From Paramoeba atlantica (Eukaryota; Protista; Discosea), in NCBI GenBank assembly GCA_977017575.1, contig CDRNVI010000020.1, forward strand, positions 310,001-374,000: DNA of 64,000 nt, in the 5' to 3' direction. A program made the position numbers and the translations under genes. Position 1 is the stretch's first letter, and the number at the start of each line of letters is the position of its first letter. Positions 1-10,119 of the stretch are shown here, one piece after another. The notes under the pieces are model-generated. The model worked only from the letters and a program-made list of their open reading frames with translations. It did not search any database and was not told the origin of the DNA.

Positions 1-1158
1 GACCACCCCAACGCGATCGATGAGGTCGCGGTGGCGGGGACCAACGGGCTGCATCTCCCGGTCGGGACCGCTCGCCCGTTCGAGGACCCCGCGGTTTATG
101 CCCACGCCCTCGAGCGTCTCTGTCACCTCACCGAGCAGCGCCTCACGCATCACAGCAACGACACGGTGGCCTCCGGTGGGGTGGTCATTGACACCCCCCC
201 CGGGATGGCGCTGGAGACTGTGGGGGGGGTGGTGGATCGGCTTCGTGTCACCCACGTCGTCGTGTTGGGCGACGACAGGTTGGCGCATGAAATCGCGAGC
301 CGGGTGGGGAGCGGTCAACAAAATCGCGAGCAACAAAATCGCGAGCAACAAAATCGCGGTCAACAAAATCGCGGTCAACAAAATCGCGGTCAACAAAATC
401 GCGATCAACCCCATCGCGGTCAACCAGGGGGTGAAGAAAAGGGTGACAACAATAGGGAGGGGAGAACCGCTGCCTTTTTAAAGGTAGGTGTGGAGTGTCT
501 TCCTGTGTCGACCGGGGTGGTGGCACTTCCCTCCGGTTTCCGGGTGAGGGAGAACCTGCAACGGTGGTTCTACGGAGCCGCGTCGGTGCGGGTGAGTCCC
601 GCGACCCACACCATTCCGTTAGAACGGGTGGAGTTCTTTCGTTTACACTCGAAGAAAGGGGAAAGGAGTAAACCCCTAACCTCTGAAAAGGTATTCGGGG
701 GGGTAAAAAACATAAACGAGATGGAGAGGGGGGAGATGGCTTCGGCTGTCGAGGCTTCCCCTCTCCCTCACGCCCCGCTGCCTCGGGATTTACAACACAC
801 GGTTGTGTACCTCATGCGGGGGGCTACCGCGAGTGATGCACTCTATGGCACCGTACTCTGTACGGCCGTGGTGCTGGAGTTAAATGTCCAGTCCCTGGTG
901 CTCTCGTTGCCGTTCCTCGAGCCCTTGCCCAGGGACGCGAGCCAACGGGACGCACCGACGGAGGGAGGGGAGAGGCCGGGGAACCGGAGGGGGATGTGGG
1001 AGGCTGTTGCAGGGGCAGGGAAAACAAGACCTCAAGGGAGACGGGAAGGGTTGTACGGTGCAGCGCAAGCGTACCAAAGGGAGCAGAGTGCGGCGCCGGG
1101 AAAGATATCTAAGGTGATTGTTGTGGTGTCCAGTATAACGTGCGCGGATGTAGTGTAG
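1..1158 (+). CDS. CLP1: CLP1-like polynucleotide kinase / mRNA cleavage factor, 5' partial
   Basis: Frame 1 is open from the window edge. SGGVVIDTPPG and LRVTHVVVLGDDRL resemble the Clp1 P-loop domain; the C-terminal part resembles Clp1_C. Confidence 0.62.
   Translation, partial: DHPNAIDEVAVAGTNGLHLPVGTARPFEDPAVYAHALERLCHLTEQRLTHHSNDTVASGGVVIDTPPGMALETVGGVVDRLRVTHVVVLGDDRLAHEIASRVGSGQQNREQQNREQQNRGQQNRGQQNRGQQNRDQPHRGQPGGEEKGDNNREGRTAAFLKVGVECLPVSTGVVALPSGFRVRENLQRWFYGAASVRVSPATHTIPLERVEFFRLHSKKGERSKPLTSEKVFGGVKNINEMERGEMASAVEASPLPHAPLPRDLQHTVVYLMRGATASDALYGTVLCTAVVLELNVQSLVLSLPFLEPLPRDASQRDAPTEGGERPGNRRGMWEAVAGAGKTRPQGRREGLYGAAQAYQREQSAAPGKISKVIVVVSSITCADVV
316..420 (+). repeat. 15-bp coding tandem repeat (QQNRG/E x7)
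   Basis: CAACAAAATCGCG(AG/GT/AT) repeated 7 times in frame inside the CLP1-like gene. Confidence 0.95.
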
Positions 1159-1426
1159 GGGAAGGGGTGAGTGGGGTATAGGGAATCGTGGAACGCATTC
1201 ATATTAGTTGTAGGCATTGAACTGGCATCTTGTTTGTATTCTACGTTTTGTGATTTCTTTTTATGGTTTATCTGATGGAACCCCTTCCTCTCAGGGCGCT
1301 ATTAGTGCCATTTTGTCGAAACCCGCGGCATTACATGTATGTAATCGTACAGTACAGTGTAAATTCATAACGTTTATATTTCATAATTATAGTTATTCAT
1401 GAAAGGGTGAATTCAACGTTTTTTGG

Positions 1427-2415
1427 ATGATCTTTTTCCTCTTTGTCGTCCGCTTTCTTGGAGTACGCGCACCTGATACCACTAGCCCTCCTCTAAAACG
1501 GAAACGGTTGGACCAATTCACGACTCATACAGCCTCTGAAAGCTCTGATGAGGATCAATTGAAACGTTTTGTGGAGCATACTCATACACACACTTGTCTA
1601 GCTTTGATATGGAAAAATGAGTCTATTCGCGTGTGTTCTTGGAATGGGGTACGTTGCAACAAAGACTTTGAAATTATCGGGTTATGCCCTCACACACGGT
1701 GATTTTTGAAGCCGATGTCAATATGGATCAATATCGTTGTATCGGGCATATTCCCTCAGAGGAATTGGTCGATCCTCTCCAAAACTTCTCCATTTGGGGT
1801 CATATGCACACAGAAACTTTCGATTTTACTGTACTTCCTCCCAACTTAGAACGTTTGGTCATTGGTAAAAATTGGTTTGAAGGAATCGCAGATCTTTCTA
1901 AACTTCCAAACACATTGCGAGAACTTAATACTGCGCAGAATCGCTTTATCGGAGAAGTTGATTTATGTCACCTCCCTCCTCTACAAAAACTCGATTTGGC
2001 ATACAACTTGTTTCAAGGTCCTCTCTGTCTTACAGAGCTTCCAGAAACTTTGGAAGACTTGGCGCTCAATCATAATCTATTTGAAAGCGAGATAAGTCTG
2101 ACTCGTCTTCCAACCGCCCTGAAAGTTCTTTATCTCAGAAACAACAAGTTGCGTGGGCTTGAAGGCGAGATAAATCTTACTCATCTTCCAACCGGGTTGA
2201 AAGTCCTTGACCTCACGAACAGCACATTAAGTGGAATCGTAGATCTATGTCACCTACCTGGCGGTCCACGGCAGTTTAAGTTATACCTGAAAGAGAACGA
2301 TTTTACTTCAGTGGTGTATCCCAAGCCTGTTCTGCCAGTCAAATGGATTGAGTCCTCCGTTCCTCGAATCTCCAAGCGGACGTACGAGAAGTTACGCAAA
2401 GAGGAGAAAAACTAG
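1427..2415 (+). pseudogene. LRR family protein 1, frameshifted near 1685-1700 (pseudogene or sequence error)
   Basis: The N-cap (VCSWNGVRC) is in ORF 1427-1702 and the LRRs (LPxxLxxLxLxxNxFxGxxDL) are in ORF 1684-2415. The frames join at a CACACAC run. Confidence 0.75.
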
Positions 2416-2856
2416 GGAGTTGCAATTTTTTTCTACGCGTACATTACGAGCATGAAAAAAATTCATTCTACCCCCGCTACCTGCAGGATAGTATTTTTAC
2501 TGACACTAAGTTTTTTTTGATTTGATCAAAGAAGAAAAAATGTTTTTCTCGGTTCCACACAACATTTTCATAAGTATTCTTCTACGGTATCTTTCAACAC
2601 TCAGCCACTTCCTGTCTTGCACTGGTTGGCACAGGTTGGCCCTGGATTGCACTAGCAGTCCTCAAACTGCCTGTTTGGAAAGGAAGACGAAAATTAAGAA
2701 AACTTTAATTAAGGAAATAATTTTGTGTCACAAAGAAATTTTCCTTAATTTAACTATTCTTGAATTTCCGTTTCTACGGTATGTAAAGTAATGTGAATAT
2801 TCAGAGTATTTTAAAGATGGGGTACGCATATTGTTTTCGTTTGAAGCATAAGTTTC

Positions 2857-3546
2857 ATGGTTGCGCTGTACAAGGGCGTCTTTATTTCTTTATCCGCTCT
2901 GTGCCATGATCGTGATGCTCCATCCCGATTAGGAAAGCTTCGGGGAGTTGCTCTGTCCCAAGAAATTGAACTGTCTCGATTTATAAGAAATATTGAAAAC
3001 CCGGATCCTTCATGGGACGCCAGTAAACCTATTCATGAATGGATCGAAGTGAAAATCAATTCCGAGGGGAAGGCAATAAAACTTAATTGGGGTAGTAGAT
3101 CTTTACGAGGAACTTTGTTATGGGAATTTATTCCTAGCAGTATGGTGGTTGTTTATCTGACGAACAATGACATTATTGGGGGCGTCAATCTTCGAGACCT
3201 TCCTTGCTCAATGGAATGGTTGACTGTACGAGCCAATAAGATGACTGGTGAAGTAAATCTCCCAGACTTGCCACAGACTTTTACTCACCTACAACTTGCC
3301 CACAACAAATTTTCAGGTACGTTAGACATGACGGTACTTCCCCCTCAAATGAGTTGCGTCGATGTAGAAGCTAATAATTTTACCCGACTTCTGTTTGGAC
3401 TACTTCCCTTGACAATGGATTCTATTCTCTTTACCGATAATCGCGAGCTTGAAGGCGTAATTGATGTAGCGCAGTGGGGAAGACTGCGTTACAGATCTGT
3501 AGCAGGGACACGAATAAGACTTTGGGCGCCTACCCCTCCTTATTAG
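2857..3546 (+). CDS. LRR family protein 2
   Basis: RLGKLRG..SQEIELSRFI..NPDPSW cap followed by 24-aa LRRs. Confidence 0.9.
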   Translation: MVALYKGVFISLSALCHDRDAPSRLGKLRGVALSQEIELSRFIRNIENPDPSWDASKPIHEWIEVKINSEGKAIKLNWGSRSLRGTLLWEFIPSSMVVVYLTNNDIIGGVNLRDLPCSMEWLTVRANKMTGEVNLPDLPQTFTHLQLAHNKFSGTLDMTVLPPQMSCVDVEANNFTRLLFGLLPLTMDSILFTDNRELEGVIDVAQWGRLRYRSVAGTRIRLWAPTPPY

Positions 3547-3989
3547 CGTTGTTTCTGGTGAGGAATTGACTCTTGTTATAATATTAGCGTTGCTATTAAC
3601 TGAAACCGGGACGCTCGTATAGGGAGGAGAGATTCGTACAACGAAACGTTTTCTGAACGCTTATGAGTAGTAATGTTATTTGTTGCATACGAGTTCTCGT
3701 ATGCTAACGCCCTTTGTGCGCTTGTTTTGCAAAAATATTTATTCAATTTTTATTCAATTGGTATGAACGTCAGATTGCACCAAAATTTACTTTGTGTTCC
3801 CCTTATGTTTACCTTATTAATGTTTCCGCGAACCCTGCATTTTTAGCCATTCAATATTACTTTTATGTACACTTCACGGCACTCACGACAAGAGTCAACG
3901 TCCGAAAAGCAATAAGTAGGGTACTGGGGAGTATATCTTTTTCGATAAAAAACAGTTTTTTTTTCATACCTAATACAAAACCCATTCCC

Positions 3990-4550
3990 ATGTCCTGCCG
4001 TAGCCCACACGCTCTTTTGAACCACACACGTCTCACCCTCCGCAGACTGGTTCAAAAGCTCCTTCCTCCGCTCCCTACCTCCCCCCACCCTCACACCCCT
4101 CTTCCAAATACCGAACCCTCAGCACAACCTCCCCTCTACAAACACCGTCGAGTGCCCCAACCCCCTCGACCCACCCCCTCCCCTTCCCTCCTCCCCCGTC
4201 TCCCCTCTCCCTTCTCCCTGCTCCACCCCTTCCCCTTTCCCCCCTCTCCCCCTGTTGCTTCCTCCCTGCACGAGACGCCTTGTCTTGTGACCAGTGCTGC
4301 AGGTATAGAGGATGGGATGGACACAGAGGGCCGAGCCCTGACCCCGGAAGACCCGTTTCTGTGGGGCAACAAAGGGGGCACCCCTCACGGGAAGCGCTCC
4401 CCGGAACGTAAGGGGCGCCCGACCTGGGGGTGGCACTTTAAGTGGCTCCACCTGCGCCTCGCGCCGTGGTATGTCTGTCCCTTGTGTGGGGAACCGAAAC
4501 AGGCCGAGACGGTGTGTCGCAGGGAGCAGTGTAGGAAACTACGGCCGTAG
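3990..4550 (+). CDS. Mitochondrial ribosomal protein bL32m-like
   Basis: First ATG is at 3990. Basic C-terminus ends in WYVCPLCGEPK..VCRREQC, an L32-type zinc ribbon, after a presequence-like N-terminus. Confidence 0.6.
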   Translation: MSCRSPHALLNHTRLTLRRLVQKLLPPLPTSPHPHTPLPNTEPSAQPPLYKHRRVPQPPRPTPSPSLLPRLPSPFSLLHPFPFPPSPPVASSLHETPCLVTSAAGIEDGMDTEGRALTPEDPFLWGNKGGTPHGKRSPERKGRPTWGWHFKWLHLRLAPWYVCPLCGEPKQAETVCRREQCRKLRP

Positions 4551-4764
4551 TCCAATATATAGAAAATACTTCATACTTATTGGTATGAACATGTTTATAA
4601 ATTTAATGTACAAAATTGGGGAAATTCGTGTACATGGTGTGTAAGGAATCTTTTCTATCAACATTAGAGCATTCTTTCACACTATTCTTAAGTCATCAAA
4701 TACAATCTCTCGACTCTTTCATCACCAACACCTTGCTTTCTACCTTTGCACCCTCCACACACCC

Positions 4765-5523
4765 ATGTCCTGGTCCGGCATCACCTCCCGAATCCGAAGT
4801 CTTGGTCGTCAAACCCCCAAAACGTCTTCTTCCGGAGCATCTCCCTTTGCTACCCCCGGCCCTCTCTTCCCCAGTTACAAGCACGCCGGTCTCACCCTTG
4901 CCGCGCGACCCCGAGTTGGCTACGTCCACTCCCGGCATCAAAGCACGGTCGACGCCCCCTCAACTGTTTTAGGCCATATTAAATTTGAAATGTACGGCAC
5001 TCGCTGCCCCCGGACCGTTGAAAACTTTCAACGCATGTGTACGGGCTCTGAAGCCCTTCCGGGGATTGAGCCCCACACGGATCTGAATCGGGTCGAGACG
5101 ATTCATCGATTCGCCGAGTCCCTGGGGCCCCAGCTCCACTATAGGGGTTGTGTACTCCATCGCATCGTGCCCGGGTTTGGCGTACAAACCGGGGACGTGG
5201 TGCACTATGATGGCACCGGGGAGCGTACGCTCTATGGGGAGACGTTTGATGGGGAGCAGGAGATTCGGGAGAGTGTCTGGGGAAAGGGTCCCGGACAGCT
5301 GCTCTCCGCGAACAGCGCCCCCACAAGAGTGGGGAGTCAGTTTTTTATTACCACCGGGGAGCAGGTGGACTATGCCCACCTGTATGGCTCCTGTGTGTGT
5401 TTTGGCAGGGTGGTGGAGGGGTTGGAGGTGTTACAACGGCTGGAGAAAGTGTACGCTCTGGATCACAAGCAAAGGCCACGGGATTATGATATTTTTATTC
5501 AGGATTGTAATGTTTCGACATAG
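4765..5523 (+). CDS. Cyclophilin-type peptidyl-prolyl isomerase (divergent, probable mitochondrial presequence)
   Basis: CPRTVENFQRMCTG, LHYRGCVLHRIVPGFGVQTGD, GSQFFITT and CFGRVVEGLEVL motifs. Confidence 0.92.
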   Translation: MSWSGITSRIRSLGRQTPKTSSSGASPFATPGPLFPSYKHAGLTLAARPRVGYVHSRHQSTVDAPSTVLGHIKFEMYGTRCPRTVENFQRMCTGSEALPGIEPHTDLNRVETIHRFAESLGPQLHYRGCVLHRIVPGFGVQTGDVVHYDGTGERTLYGETFDGEQEIRESVWGKGPGQLLSANSAPTRVGSQFFITTGEQVDYAHLYGSCVCFGRVVEGLEVLQRLEKVYALDHKQRPRDYDIFIQDCNVST

Positions 5524-5620
5524 ATCCTATGTTGACGTGACGCTCAATTCGTAAAAGTCGTACTCTACGTACGGTCACAGCTTTTATTACGCTAATTTGG
5601 TTACCCCTTTTAGTTATCTA

Positions 5621-6011
5621 CAGTGGTGGGCAACGATATGTACCCCCCCTACAGGTCTTGTATTTTGGCCGATTTTGGAAATATTTTGCATACCACCGTT
5701 TTTCGACCCAATCGTTCCGAATCCGAGGTCCTTTTCACTCGTTGAAAGCTGGTTCACATTAAAACCTCAAAAAAATGTGCGAAAAACCATGATTTTTGCA
5801 GAACACCCCTATCTTGCGTCATTTTTCGCGCTTCTTCGCTTTTACACGACGGACCTATCTCGTCCCGCATGTCTTACTGCACAACACGTACGTTGTGAGA
5901 TGTGTACAGCTTTTGTCACCTATTAGAAGCGCTATCATTATCGATAAATATTTCCAAAATCAATCAAAATACAAGACCTGTAGGGGGGGTACATATCGTT
6001 GCCCACCACTG
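5621..6011. mobile_element. Tc1-type MITE, 391 bp, 47-bp perfect TIRs, TA TSD
   Basis: TA|CAGTGGTGGGCAACGATATGTACCCCCCCTACAGGTCTTGTATTTTG at the left end and its exact reverse complement + TA at the right end. Confidence 0.95.
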
Positions 6012-6110
6012 TATGATCCAATAGAATGTTTTTGACGAATGAAATTTACCAGTAAATCAATAAGAAGTGCTATTTTTCTTCATATCAACCTTACAACTCG
6101 CATCACCACT

Positions 6111-6698
6111 ATGTGCGACGAGGCATTACCACGATCCCGAGCAGCAAAAGTCCGTGGAGCATCCTTACCCCCGGAATATTATTTAGTTCAGCTGGTACGA
6201 CATGTAGAAAACCCTCACAACTCATGGAGTTCCGATACGATTGCGCATAAATGGAATGGAGTGAGGTGCGCAAATTTTACCAGTGAAAATGTTGTAGAAA
6301 TTTATTGGAGTGGTTTTCAACTTCGCGGCGTATTACAGTGGGAATTTCTTCCACGAACATTAAGAACACTAATTCTATGGACCAATGAATTTTCTGGCTC
6401 AGTGGAATGGCAACACTTACCTCGGAATCTTGAAGTGTTACGTCTTTCTGAAAACTTGTTTACTGGGCCAATAGAGCTACACCACTTTCCTCAAACTCTC
6501 AAGTTTGTATCCTTATCGAAGAATAATTTTACTGGAAATATAGACTTTACGTTCATGCCCCCTGGTATGTTGCAATTTTACGTAACTCAGAATTTTAACC
6601 TTGGTGGGACAGTACGCCCATGTTACCTTCCGATTTCGTACTCAGTGACTCCCAGAAACTGGGACTGGAGTGATACTCAAATCATTACATTAGGTTGA
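6111..6698 (+). CDS. LRR family protein 3
   Basis: RAAKVRGASLPPEY..NPHNSW..WNGVRC cap plus LRRs. The start at 6111 is inferred from paralogs. Confidence 0.9.
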   Translation: MCDEALPRSRAAKVRGASLPPEYYLVQLVRHVENPHNSWSSDTIAHKWNGVRCANFTSENVVEIYWSGFQLRGVLQWEFLPRTLRTLILWTNEFSGSVEWQHLPRNLEVLRLSENLFTGPIELHHFPQTLKFVSLSKNNFTGNIDFTFMPPGMLQFYVTQNFNLGGTVRPCYLPISYSVTPRNWDWSDTQIITLG

Positions 6699-7077
6699 AA
6701 GTCTAAAATAATCATTCGCAAATATGGCTATTTCGCCGCAAGACACATTATTCCATGTTACAATGATGTAGATATTATCTAATACTGTTTTTACTATCAT
6801 TTTCCTGAGCTTTCTTTACTATAAAGTTTTCTATATCACAGTTAGAAAACGTTTTAAAGTAAAATGTCATTTTAGTCTTCTCGTGAGTACTCATCTACCT
6901 GAAAATACATGTATCTGTGTGCATATAAAACATTAAAACAAATGTCAAAGCTCTTTCGTATACAATACGGTGGCCTTCTGAATTTCCTCATGCGTTCTTT
7001 TATAACGTTTCATATGTGTCATCATAAATTTAATAGGATCAACGAACACTTTCTCTTGTTAGTTTACTTTTCTTGAC

Positions 7078-7129
7078 ATGAGAAGGGTGGATATGAGAAG
7101 GGTGGATATGAGAAGGGTGGATATGAGAA
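7078..7129. repeat. 15-bp tandem repeat ATGAGAAGGGTGGAT x3.5
   Basis: Read directly; lies just left of the TIR at 7143. Confidence 0.9.
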
Positions 7130-7142
7130 TCGAATTAAGGTA

Positions 7143-8979
7143 CCGTTAGTACCCCCGACTTTGCGCAAACGACTTTGCACGACGAAAACAGGAAAAATCA
7201 GGTTTTTGTGCAAAGTCAGGGGGTGTGCAAAGTCATGAAGGTGGGTTGAGGGGGTAAAAAGGAAGGGGTGAAAAGGGGTGAGATCTTCCGCGCATAAATG
7301 TTTCCTCGCATATTCTTCGTCGGTCATTGATGTAGTAGGAAAGAAAATACGAAAATACGGAACGTGTATACGAATAAATACAAATGCATAATGCGCAATA
7401 ATGAAGTAAACCGTTGCTGTGGACTCAAAAAGAAACTGTTATTGTTCTACACTAAGAAAAAAACCAGAGGAAAATATCTCAGATACAAAGAAAAACTACA
7501 AGACGGAGCTCTGGACGTACGAATATTAACAAACAAAAAAATATTAACGAACAAAAATCGAAGGTTAATCAAAATAGTATTACAGAATTAAACAATATTA
7601 CAAAAAATAAACATTCAATATTTATTGTTTTCAACTTAGAAGTCACTCGTGCTGCGCGCTTCGCGTTGAAAACTACCGCCGCGTTTAACGAAGAGCCTAA
7701 AAAAGAAAATTTGGCCTGGAAAACGGAAAGATTATAGCCAAAAATAGCCGAATTTCGGGTAAAAATGGGGTGATTTTCGCGTATTTTTGCTCTCAGAGCA
7801 CTAAATCCGACATTTGCGCGTGGGAAATCACTCGTAGGCATGAATGAAAGCCTACCGAACGTATTGGGTAGAGAATGCGACTCCAACCATACCATTCTTT
7901 CGACACAAAAATGTCCCTTTAGGTCCGAAAAATACTTTTTCACCTTTTTTAGTCAAAAATGGGTCATTTTGAGGGGCGCACCACGGTTCGAAGAAGTGAT
8001 ACCTTGCGAAAACAACTGCGGGGAAAGCTAGTGTAGGTCCCAAACTATCACAATACAATAGGGGAAACGATTTTGGAAAAATATTTTTTTTGTCATTTTT
8101 TTCGCCAAGTTGAAATTTTTTTCAAAACTTTTTTCCGAAAAAATCCGAACTTGGCGGACCGGTCCTGCGGATACGCGGGGGGGTCACCCCCGGGTAGGGG
8201 GGTGGAAAATGCGCGCCAAGACCCCGGCTACCCTTTCCGCGGTTTTTTTTCGAAAACTAATTTTTTCGAAAAAATTTGCTCGACCATGCCCCCCCCTGGA
8301 CCCACCCCTGGACCCCCCCATGGACCCCCCCCCATGGACCCCCCATTTTTTTCAAATTTTTTTTTCAGTTTTGGTCCACCGGAGCCCCCTTTTATATTTT
8401 TTTCTTCTATTATATTACTGTGTTCCCCTTTATATTTTCACTGTTTTTGTTCACTTTTTTTTCAATAATCGAGTGTAGAGCGGTAGTTTTACAACCACCG
8501 CAAAATTATTATAACAGTGGCGTCCAAGTTTCTGATACGTCCTTACGAGAAATAATATCACTGGTACGCTTAAAAAGCGTACGATACATGTTGTTGACGA
8601 CATGAAGTGCAGACCCATTATCACCAATTCGTTGTTGTGGACAATGAATGTGGGCAATGCTGTATCCAGTACCAACAAAGTTAACTCGGCTTAGACAATC
8701 TTTCAGTTGATTTAAAATAGTAGAAGTTGCGATCGGGGCATACGCTTCCATACTATTGTAGACATTCATAACATTGTTGAAAATGACAGAAACTAAACAA
8801 TGCAATTTACATTTGTACGACTGGTTAAATTTTTACATGTCCTTTACAAAAAAAAGAAATTTAAGTTTTCAGCATTTTTCGAAATTTTGATACCCCCGTG
8901 ACTTTGCACATCAAGAAATTTTCAAAAACAGAAAAATATGCAAAGTCAGGGGGAATGCAAAGTCAGGGGATACTAACGG
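7143..8979. mobile_element. Non-autonomous Tc1/mariner-pogo-type element, TA TSD, with nested insertion
   Basis: TA|CCGTTAGTACCCCCGACTTTGC ... GCAAAGTCAGGGGATACTAACGG|TA, with subterminal GACTTTGC/GCAAAGTC repeats at both ends. Confidence 0.85.
7626..8503 (+). mobile_element. Double-hairpin interspersed element, subfamily 1 (left hairpin truncated)
   Basis: Near-identical to 31711-32591; ends in GCGGTAGTTTTACAACCACCGCAA. Confidence 0.85.
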
Positions 8980-8994
8980 TATTTCATTTGTAAG

Positions 8995-9609
8995 ATGGGT
9001 TTTATCTACAATAAAATGTATGAGTGTCATTGTTCAGAGGTGGGAAGTTTGAGCTCCGTTTCGGCAGGGCGAATTCGTGGATCCATATTACCAGTAGAAT
9101 ACGAATTCTCTCAGTTTATAGACAACATTTCAAATCCCCCATATTCTTGGAGCACGCAAACCCCGGGATGTTCGTGGTTTGGCGTAGTGTGCTTTCAAAA
9201 TCGAGTAGAAAGACTTCAGTGGGCGGGACTCAGATTGAAAGGGAACCTTTTATGGCGATTTCTTCCGCCATCTCTTACTATAATTGATTTGGGAAGATAC
9301 GTTCGCTTGGACAACGAGCTTTCTGGGGAGCTTGAATTTAACTATTTTCCATCTGTATTAGAATATGCCTATCTTGACCATAATAAGTTTTCTGGTTCTC
9401 TTGATCTGGGGCACTTGCCACAATCTTTGTTGTACCTTACGGTCGCATACAACGCATTTCAAGGTGAAGTGGAATTTGGCGTATTGCCTCCCAATATTGA
9501 GCGACTTTACTTACAAGGTAATGATATATCAGGAATGATCCGTGCAGACGATCTGCCTGCTTCATTGATAACGATTAGCCTTCAAATGACACGCATTCAG
9601 ATGACATGA
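8995..9609 (+). CDS. LRR family protein 4
   Basis: AGRIRGSILPVEY..NPPYSW..CSWFGVVC cap plus LRRs. Confidence 0.9.
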   Translation: MGFIYNKMYECHCSEVGSLSSVSAGRIRGSILPVEYEFSQFIDNISNPPYSWSTQTPGCSWFGVVCFQNRVERLQWAGLRLKGNLLWRFLPPSLTIIDLGRYVRLDNELSGELEFNYFPSVLEYAYLDHNKFSGSLDLGHLPQSLLYLTVAYNAFQGEVEFGVLPPNIERLYLQGNDISGMIRADDLPASLITISLQMTRIQMT

Positions 9610-9840
9610 CACGGTTATAAACCTAGAGTTTAAGCCAAAAATATGGCCAAAAATTACTACTATTCCCTTCTTCCCTGCTATTCAATAAGAGTCGATTGCA
9701 GCAGTATAAACAAAACAACATTTAGTATTATTATTGTGACCCTCACATAGTACCGCGGGGTACTATGTGGGGTACTATGCCCCCCACTCATAGGGCTGTT
9801 TTTCCGGATTTGTTTAACCCGGGGTGGAGGCACAATAACA

Positions 9841-9908
9841 TGTTCCTCTTTTTTTTATTCACTTTTTTTTCAATAAACGAGGGTAGAGCGGTAGTTATAC
9901 AACCACCG
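9841..9908 (+). mobile_element. Solo small-hairpin end of the double-hairpin element
   Basis: ...CAATAAACGAGGGTAGAGCGGTAGTTATACAACCACCG. Confidence 0.75.
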
Positions 9909-10119
9909 AGTGGTATTGATTATGCTAAATTGAAAAGGGCTCTGCAATGTAAGATTGGTAATATTAAAATACGAAAATCATATTTTTCGTAACTCCGATA
10001 CCTAACATGTTGACCAGTCTGCTGCTTGTGCAAGATATGCGTTGTTTCCATGCTCTGGCGTGTAGTTTTTTGTAATATTTTGCAGCATACTTGGTTGCGC
10101 GCGGTACAAGTACCCGTAA

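Noticed and set aside
1545-1565. Hammerhead ribozyme core (CTGATGA...GAAAC)
   Set aside because: Stem II cannot form convincingly and the sequence is explained by coding (SDEDQLKR).
7569-8605. ORFs inside the double-hairpin elements (also 31757-32593, 60629-61240, 62923-63250)
   Set aside because: Phe/Lys/Pro-rich translations of homopolymer runs; frames differ between copies; no transposase motifs.
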